Of a stretch of DNA of 64,000 nucleotides, positions 54,982-64,000 are shown piece by piece (positions within the stretch are counted from its first letter, which is position 1; every line of letters starts with the position of its first letter). Source of the stretch: Octopus sinensis (taxonomy: Eukaryota); assembly GCF_006345805.1 (NCBI RefSeq), contig NC_043011.1, positions 61,082,464 to 61,146,463 of the forward strand. Reading direction: 5' to 3'. The position numbers and the translations under genes were made by a program. The notes under the pieces were generated by a model that was not told the origin of the DNA, searched no databases, and saw only the letters and a list, made by a program, of their open reading frames with translations.

Positions 54982-55395
54982 CTAATCTAATTTATATAAG
55001 TTCCTTGTTTTATCAGATTGTACTATAATACTATCCATATTTCTCATATCTTTAATTTTAATTGCTAAATTCCTTAAATATTCATTATTTCTATTTGGGT
55101 ATTTATGGAATTCAATATTTTTTACCACCTTCCATATACTATCTTCAAGTAATTGTAATTCTTTATTAAATGGAGGTTCCTTTCTAGATTTAAATTTAGA
55201 GGTATAATTATCATTCCTACTATCAATATCATTAAATAAATAAAAATTATAGTAAAAAGCTTTCCATTTAATTCTAGAAATAAAATCTTTAACATTATTA
55301 ACAAGTTTCAAGATAAATTCCTTTCTAGAAGGAATAGGAATATCTTTCAAAGATGAATCCCAAAACAGCGGTTCTATCTTACCTGTAAAATCCAT
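54982..55395 (-). pseudogene. N-terminal fragment of the Penelope-like ORF (inverted, truncated by deletion)
   Basis: MDFTGK...SSLKDIPIPSRKEFILKL...FISRIKWKAF...VQSDKTRNLYKL. The DKT motif precedes the PLE RT core. Confidence 0.85.
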
Positions 55396-55419
55396 AATTT
55401 GCGAAATTGAGGTATTACA

Positions 55420-55870
55420 GTAGAGATAAATCTAATTGTATATTAAATAATAATTGTGATATTAACGATGTAGTGTATAAATGTATAGTTACATTACATG
55501 ATAATAACTTTAAGAATAATAATTACAATAAAGCGGTTTATATAGGTTCTACTTCCTCAAAAATAAAACTAAGAATTGCACAACATATGAATTCTTTTAA
55601 AAATAAAAACTTAATCAACTCAACCGGACTTAGTAAGTATATTTGGAGTCTTAAATCACTAAATATTAATTATAGTTTAATATGGGAAATAATTTGTAAA
55701 ACTAAATCATATAATATAGGAGCTAATTGTTGTTATTATGCTCTATATAATGAGTTTAAAGAAATTTTATTTTATAAGTATGATAATTTACTTAATACTG
55801 GGGAGGAGCGCAAAATAAAATGTAGACACAAGTTACTTACTTATATAATAAGTTTCATGATAAATAGCAA
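55420..55870 (+). pseudogene. GIY-YIG endonuclease part of the 5'-truncated upstream PLE copy
   Basis: DVVYKC...VYIGST...RIAQH..SF...STGLSKYIW...WEII...KCRH. Confidence 0.88.
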
Positions 55871-56051
55871 TAATAGTTCCCTTTTAGGTTATTTTAGTTT
55901 AAATTAGTTTAGATGATATATTTTGGTTATGTTGTCTAGGATTTAATTATAGTTAGTCTTTATTGATATTTCTTTGTTTTAATTAGTTCATTTTAATGTA
56001 TATTAATTTAGCAGTTTATGGTACGTTAAAAACTTTAATAATTTATATTAG

Positions 56052-56084
<33 letters not shown>

Positions 56085-58664
56085 TTTTTTATTATGTATT
56101 TTTATTTTGCATTTGTTATATGTATTTTGAGGATATATTTATATGTTTTGGGTGTTATTAGTGGTGTTTTTATTGAGTTTTGTATGTATGTGTGAATGTT
56201 TAAGATCCCTTTTGTTTTTGTTTTTTATTTTATTTGTAGGTTGAATTGACAGATTTTATTTGGGTATTGTCTTTTATAATAAAGTACACACCCATAACAA
56301 TTATAAGTGCCCACTTCATTCGTTGTACATGGGTTTGCATGTGAGCCTCAGCATATGCACTAACGGCCACTCCAGCCCCACATGGATAAATAAACACATA
56401 CATCCCCAACCACCATCACAATGAAACCACACCCATACAATGACAAAACTCCCCCATACCCTATTTACACCTACATAGTAATCCAATATATTCTTCCATA
56501 CATGGACGCAAGTGCGTGAAGCACATGAACATAATTAGTACGTACAACCCCTAATACACACTAATATATACGTATCAAGCTCGACCTCCACAGTGATAAG
56601 TTTACACACAATCACACCCAGATGGGTGAATTGCACAACCAGTGAATGCTCACACATACGGGCGCGATTACATTGTTGCATATATCGAGCCAAAATTGTA
56701 TGCATATGTACATGTGAGGGGTACACGTAAATAAATGAAGTGAGCGTGTACCCCCTGTATTTATACCCGTGCGTGAATATACACATGGAGACTACCACAC
56801 AGGTACAAATGTGTTTAGAAATGGGAGCCCCATCACTACACTTAATGTATACTCTCACCCATCCGCACGGATGTGTAAGTGTATCTCCGGTGTATATGTT
56901 GAGGCTTATATGTAGAGTTGTTGAAGGGAACGTCGTTGAAATTATGAATGAATGGGTAGAGTTGGAATTGTAACCGTGTGGTGGACTAGTGTTGTTTGGA
57001 ATTGTGAATGGATTAGGGTGGTAATGAGGTAGGTATTGAGTATGGGTTACTGTAAGTTGTTTGTTAGAGTTGCTAGGTTGAGCTAAAGCTCATAAATGTA
57101 TATAACTGATTTTTCATGATAGTTTTTAAAGAATCCATTCATAATAATTTTTTTTAAGTAGCGTTGGTTTGCTACGTGGAAATAGTTTTTAGTTCCATTT
57201 ATTATATTTCTCCATTCATACTATGAATGACGTTTACTTTCTATGGCGCGTATTCTTTTTTTACATTAGTTATTTCCATGGTAACGTAATTTTGTTTGGT
57301 TTTTTAACGGCTAAAAATCTAATTTCACTTCATAATTTGTAACTGAATTGTAAGTATGTATTTGATTTATCCTTATGTCATAATGTTATTTTTGATATTC
57401 TGGTTAATTACGATGTATTTATTGTTGTTTTCATAAGAGTGTTTATGTATATGAGATTGGTTGTGAGTTTTTAATTGTATAATTAATTTATTTATCTGTA
57501 TGAGTGTGTGGGTGTAAATATTGTTGTATATATCGAGTTTTAGTGAGTATGTATATGCGTATATGTGAGGGAGCATATGTATCTGTGTGTATGTGGTGTT
57601 TGTGTGTGTGTGTGTTTGTGTGTGAATGTGTATTTGGGTTTGTTATTTAGGATTTGGGATGTATGTGTTAATTTGTCTGTGTGGGGAGGGAGTGGTTTTT
57701 GGTGTATATTGAGGTTTATAAGTTAGTATAGGTTTGTGTATAAGTCTTGGGTCTGTGGTTTACGTGTGGGTTTTTTGTGTGTGAATGTTTAGGTTAGGGG
57801 GATTGCTATATAAGTTTGTTATAGGGTTTAGCAAAGGAGATTTTATCGTTATATGCTTTTATGAGTTTTGGTTTATCATGGTTTTTTTAGGTAATTTGTG
57901 GTATTTTGTCTATTTTAGGTGTTGGTTATTTTTTACATTGTTTCATTCATAATTTTTGAGTGGTGTTCGTTTTGCCACGTGAATAACCGGGTGGTGGACT
58001 AGCGTTGCTTGGAATGTGAATGGAATAGTGTAGTAGTGAGGTAGGCATAGAGAATGGGATTGGGTTACTGCAAGTTGTTTGTTAGAGATGCTAAGGTGAG
58101 TTAAAGCTCATAAATGTATATAATGGTTTTTGTGGGTGTGTAAGTATTGTTGTATATGTCGAGTTTAGTGAGTATGTATAGGCGTATATGTGAGGGAGTA
58201 TATGTATCTTTTGTGTGTGAGTGTTTTGCGTGTGAGTGTGTGTTTTGTGTGTGAATGTGTATATGGGTTTGTTATTTAGGTTTTGGGATGTATGTGTTAA
58301 TTTGTCTGTGTGGGGGGAGGGAGTGGGTTTTGGTGTATATGAGGTTTATAAGTTAGTATAGGTATGTGTATAAGTCGTGAGTCTGTGGTTACGTGTGTGT
58401 ATTTGTGTGTGAATGTTTAGGTTAGGGGGTTTACTTTATAGGTTTGTTATAGAGTTTAGCAAAGGGAGATTTTATCGTTTATGTTTTTAGAGTTTTGTTT
58501 TATCATGGTTTTTTTAGGGAATTCGTGGTAATTAGTCTATATTTTCGATATGGATTATATATAGGTTATATATGGATTATATACTTATATTTTTTCATTT
58601 ATACTTTAATTATTTAAAAGTATTATTTTTATATTTTAAAATTTTGATTTTTTAGATTGGAAGT

Positions 58665-58707
58665 CCACCTGAAGATTGTCGATCAAGACAAGAAACGATT
58701 GTAGTGG
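58665..58707 (+). ncRNA. Type I hammerhead ribozyme in the PLE terminal repeat
   Basis: CCAC-CTGAAGA-TTGTC GATCAA GACAA-GAAAC-GATT-GTA-GTGG: canonical core and all three stems. Predicted cleavage after 58703, ~235 nt upstream of the ORF ATG. Confidence 0.9.
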
Positions 58708-58937
58708 CGGTTTTTTTGACTATTTATTAAATTTTATGTATTGATTAAGTCTTTCCTTGTTTGTTTTGCAAAATAGTGGTTTTGTCTCAAATAATATTTT
58801 ATAATATTTTACTATAAAATTGGATTTAATCCTAAATCTGATTTTTTTTCCCTGTAAATTTGGATATATTCCCTAATATTAATTTATATAATATTGATAA
58901 TTTTGTATATTGAGTGTAATACCTCAATTCGCAAATT

Positions 58938-61441
58938 ATGGATTTTACAGGTAAGATAGAACCGCTGTTTTGGGATTCATCTTTGAAAGATATTCCTATT
59001 CCTTCTAGAAAGAATTTATCTTGAAACTTGTTAATAATGTTAAAGATTTTATTTCTAGAATTAAATGGAAAGCTTTTTACTATAATTTTATTTATTTAAT
59101 GATATTGATAGTAGGAATGATAATTATACCTCTAAATTTAAATCTAGAAAGGAACCTCCATTTAATAAAGAATTACAATACTTGAAGATAGTATATGGAA
59201 GGTGGTAAAAAATATTGAATTCCATAAATACCCAAATAGAAATAATGAATATTTAAGGAATTAGCAATTAAAATAAAGATATGAGAAATATGGATAGTAT
59301 TATAGTACAATCTGATAAAACAAGGAACTTATATAAATTAGATGTTAAATTATATGAAAACTTTTAGGGAAAGAAATAATTAAAAAATATAAAATTGTTC
59401 CAGATGATATTCTTTATAATATTAATAAGGCCTCTAAAGTAGTAATGTTAAAATATGAGTTGGATAATAAAACTGAACCTTATGTACCTCTGCACCCCAG
59501 AATTACTCTTAAAGACCATAAAGATAATTTTTATTCAGACCCTAAAGTTAGATTAATTTGCCATGTAAATCGGACCTAGGTAAATTAAGTAAATTTATTT
59601 TAGATAAATATATTGATAAGTTAAATAAACTTAATTATTTAAAATTATGGTTTAGTAATAATAATACATTGAAATGGTTTAATAATATTAAAGATAAAAA
59701 TCGTTATAAATTTATTCAAATAGATATAGATAATTATTATTCTTCTATTAATGAAATTGTGTTTAATAAAGCGCTTATTTTCGCAATGAATAAAGTGGGC
59801 ATGTCACGGGAAGAAGTTAATGTAATTAAATTGGCTAGGAAATCGCTAATTAAATATAAAAATAAATTATGGGCTAGGAATGATACTAGAGATGTTTTGA
59901 TATACCTATGGGAGCACCAGATTCTGCACAGGCTACTGATTTAGTAGGTATTTTTCTTTTATCTGAACTCCAATTAGAAAATCTTAAGATAGAGGGTGGT
60001 TTATATAGAGACGATCTTCTACTAGTTACAAAGAATTGTACTAATAGGAATCTAGAAGTATATAAGAAAAAACTATATAGTTTCTTTAAAAGATATGGTT
60101 TACGTATTACTATATATAAGGAGAATTATAATGTTAATTATTTAGATGTTAATTTTAATCTTATTACAGGTAAAACACAACCATTTCATAAACTTAATGA
60201 GAACCTTAGATATATAAATGTAATAGTAATCACCCATTTTCTATTAAAAAATCGTTGATTAATAATATAAGTAAACGTATTTCATTACTCTCTTATGATA
60301 TAGAGATTTTTAATAAACATGCTAATTTTATAATGAGGCCCTTAGAGGGGCAGGTTATAATAAGAATATTAAATTTTATAATATTAGCGATAATGATTTA
60401 AATGATAATTTTCGAGATACTTCTAATAATAATTATAATTTTGTTACGTTTAGTGGTAAAAATAATAGATATTAAAAAAAAATAATAAAAATGATAAAAA
60501 TATAAATAAGAATAATAATAATAATAAAATAATAATAATAATATAAATAAGAATAATATAAATAAAAATAAATTTAATAATTATTATAATAATTATATTG
60601 ATAAATTTAATAATATTAATAATTCCTTAAATGCTGTACATAGATATAATTCTGATAATAATTTTAATAAAATAAAGAATTATAAATATATTATAATAAT
60701 GATAATAATAATAAGGTTAATAAGAATAAAATTTGGTTAATAGTTCCTTATGGAGATCAAGTTAAAACGAATATTATTAAAGAGATTTTAGATGTTATAG
60801 AACTATTTATTAGAGATAATCGTAAATATAGGAACATTTTCTCTTTTAATAATTTTGGAGTTGGTTACTCTACCACTAATAATGTTGGTAACATTATTTC
60901 TTTCTTCATTTAATAAATATAAACTGAATAATTTTTATAAAAAGAATATTTGATAATAATATTAATAATGATAAGACTTATATTAATTGTACATGTAGAG
61001 ATAAATCTAATTGTATATTAAATAATAATTGTGATATTAACGATGATGTAGGGTATAAATGTATAGTTACATTACATGATAATAACTTTAAGAATAATAA
61101 TTACAATAAAGCGGTTTATATAGGTTCTACTTCCTCAAAAATAAAACTAAGAATTGCACAACATATGAATTCTTTTAAAAATAAAAACTTAATCAACTCA
61201 ACCGGACTTAGTAAGTATATTTGGAGTCTTAAATCACTAAATATTAATTATAGTTTAATATGGGAAATATTTGTAAAACTAAATCATATAATATAGGAGC
61301 TAATTGTTGTTATTTATGCTCTAATGAGTTTAAGAAATTTTATTTTATAAGTATGATAATTTACTTAATACTGGGGAGGAGCGCAAAATAAAATGTAGAC
61401 ACAAGTTACTTTACTTATATAATAAGTTTCATGATAAATAG
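58938..61441 (+). CDS. Penelope-like polyprotein: reverse transcriptase + Asn-rich linker + Cys-rich GIY-YIG endonuclease (frameshifted as assembled)
   Basis: SLKDIPIPS, DKT, TLKDHK..F...PKVRLI, IDIDNYYSSI, MGAPDSA..DLVG, GLYRDDLL, VNYLDV, NCTC...C...C, VYIGST, CYLC..E, CRH. Reading is broken mainly by single-base indels. Confidence 0.85.
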
Positions 61442-64000
61442 CAATAATAGTTCCCTTTTAGGTTATTTTAGTTTAAATTAGTTTAGATGATATATTTTTG
61501 GTTATGTTGTCTAGGATTTAATTATAGTTAGTCTTTATTGATATTTCTTTGTTTTAATTAGTTCATTTTTAATGTATATTAATTTAGCAGTTTATGGTAC
61601 GTTAAAACTTTAATAATTTATATTAGATTTTTTATTTTTATTTTTATTTTTATTTTTATTTATTTTATTTTATTATGTATTTTTATTTTGCATTTGTTAT
61701 ATGTATTTTGAGGATATATTTATATGTTTTGGGTGTTATTTAGTGGTGTTTTTATTGAGTTTTGTATGTATGTGTGAATGTTTAAGATCCCTTTTGTTTT
61801 TTGTTTTTTATTTTTATTTGTAGGTTGAATTGACAGATTTTATTTGGGTATTGTCTTTTATAATAAAGTACACACCCATAACAATTATAAGTGCCCACTT
61901 CATTCGTTGTACATGGGTTTGCATGTGAGCCTCAGCATATGCACCTAACGGCCACTCCAGCCCCACATGGATAAATAAACACATACATCCCCAACCACCA
62001 TCACAAATGAAACCCACACCCATACAATGACAAAACTCCCCCATACCCTATTTACACCTACATAGTAATCCCAATATATTCTTCCATACATGGACGCAAG
62101 TGCGTGAAGCACATGAACATAATTAGTACGTACAACCCCTAATACACACTAATATATACGTATCAAGCTCGACTCCACAGTGATAAGTTTACACACAATC
62201 ACACCCAGATGGGTGAATTGCACAACCAGTGAATGCTCACACATACGGGCGCGATTACATTGTTGCATATATCGAGCCAAAATTGTATGCATATGTACAT
62301 GTGAGGGGTACACGTAAATGAAGTGAGCGTGTACCCCCTGTATTTATACCCGTGCGTGAATATACACATGGAGACTACCACACAGGTACAATGTGTTTAG
62401 AAATGGGAGCCCCATCACTACACTTAATGTATACTCTCACCCATCCGCACGGATGTGTAAGTGTATCTCCGGTGTATATGTTGAGGCTTATATGTAGAGT
62501 TGTTGAAGGGAACGTCGTTGAAATTATGAATGAATGGGTAGAGTTGGAATTGTAACCGTGTGGTGGACTAGTGTTGTTTGGAATTGTGAATGGATTAGGG
62601 TGGTAATGAGGTAGGTATTGAGTATGGGTTACTGTAAGTTGTTTGTTAGAGTTGCTAGGGTGAGCTAAAGCTCATAAATGTATATAATTGATTTTTCATG
62701 ATAGTTTTTAAAGAATCCATTCATAATAAATTTTTTTAAGTAGCGTTGGTTTGCTACGTGGAAATAGTTTTTAGTTCCATTTATTATATTTCTCCATTCA
62801 TACTATGAATGACGTTTACTTTCTATGGCGCGTATTTTTTTTACATTAGTTATTTCCATGGTAACGTAATTTTGTTTGGTTTTTTAACGGCTAAAAATCT
62901 AATTTCACTTCATATTTGTAACTGAATTGTAAGTATGTATTTGATTTATCCTTATGTCATAATGTTATTTTTGATATTCTGGTTAATTACGATGTATTTA
63001 TTGTTGTTTTCATAAGAGTGTTTATGTATATGAGATTGGTTGTGAGTTTTTAATTGTATAATTAATTTATTTATCTGTATGAGTGTGGGTGTAAATATTG
63101 TGTATATATCGAGTTTTAGTGAGTATGTATATGCGTATATGTGAGGAGCATATGTATCTGTTGTGTATGTGTGTTTGTGTGTGTGTGTGTTGGTTGTGTG
63201 GAATGTGTATTTGGGTGTTATTTAGGATTTGGGATGTATGTGTTAATTTGTCTGTGTGGGGAGGGAGTGGTTTTTGGTGTATATTGAGGTTTATAAGTTA
63301 GTATAGGTTTGTGTATAAGTCTTGGGTCTGTGGTTTACGTGTGGGTTTTTTGTGTGTGAATGTTTAGGTTAGGGGGATTGCTATATAAGTTTGTTATAGG
63401 GTTTAGCAAAGGGAGATTTTATCGTTATATGCTTTTATGAGTTTTGGTTTATCATGGTTTTTTAGGTAATTTGTGGTTTTGTTGTCTATTTTAGGTGTTG
63501 GTTATTTTTTACATTGTTTCATTCATAATTTTTGAGTGGTGTTCGTTTTGCCACGTGAATAACCGGGTGGTGGACTAGCGTTGCTTGGAATGTGAATGGA
63601 ATAGTGTAGTAGTGAGGTAGGCATAGAGAATGGGATTGGGTTACTGCAAGTTGTTTGTTAGAGATGCTAAGGTGAGTTAAAGCTCATAAATGTATATAAT
63701 GGTTTTTGTGGGTGTGTAAGTATTGTTGTATATGTCGAGTTTAGTGAGTATGTATAGGCGTATATGTGAGGGAGTATATGTATCTTTTGTGTGTGAGTGT
63801 TTTGCGTGTGAGTGTGTGTTTTGTGTGTGAATGTGTGTATGGGTTTGTTATTTAGGTTTTGGGATGTATGTGTTAATTTGTCTGTGTGGGGAGGGAGTGG
63901 GTTTTGGTGTATATGAGGTTTATAAGTTAGTATAGGTATGTGTATAAGTCGTGAGTCTGTGGTTTACGTGTGTGTATTTGTGTGTGAATGTTTAGGTTAG

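Larger units (their letters stand above)
53025..64000. mobile_element. Penelope-like retroelement complex (Naiad-like): inverted deleted copy + 5'-truncated copy + full unit running off the window
   Basis: Direct repeat with period ~5575 bp (55420 onward matches 60995 onward). 53025-54984 is the reverse complement of 56913-58882 and 54984-55419 of 58915-59343. RT + GIY-YIG ORF and hammerhead present. Confidence 0.92.

Noticed and set aside
54975-54995. The 3.1-kb deletion in the inverted PLE copy as a spliced intron
   Set aside because: A GT and an AG lie nearby, but GT-AG splicing would give AGAT|AGTTG whereas the junction reads AGAT|TAGAGTTG.
57785-57802. TTAGG/TTAGGG telomere-like motifs in the PLE UTR
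   Set aside because: Only two adjacent units, expected by chance in G/T-skewed sequence.
60985-61441. Selenocysteine recoding as reported for some Naiad elements
   Set aside because: The conserved Cys positions here are TGT/TGC codons; no in-frame TGA seen at those sites.

Overview
AT-rich, microsatellite-saturated animal genomic DNA. The SINE families and repeat landscape suggest an octopod cephalopod (inference). No host protein-coding gene can be supported with confidence, and nearly all ORF-track entries are microsatellite translations. Recognisable content: 3' and internal fragments of CR1/L2-group LINEs, a decayed mariner, a Tc1-like remnant, a non-autonomous Helitron, at least four tRNA-derived SINE families, a ~957-bp tandem duplication, a 100-N gap, and a large, young Penelope-like retroelement (RT + GIY-YIG, Naiad-like) in tandem plus inverted arrangement (53025-64000). 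The most notable signal is a set of several unrelated short non-coding elements, mostly embedded in (TA)n, that carry type I hammerhead ribozyme (HHR) cores and share a fold-back (two diverging sense arms) architecture with the autonomous Penelope-like element. One family has a ~478-nt circularly permuted unit (retrozyme-like) and another is a tRNA-headed SINE carrying an HHR-like motif. Element boundaries were read by eye and are approximate; no database search or folding program was run.
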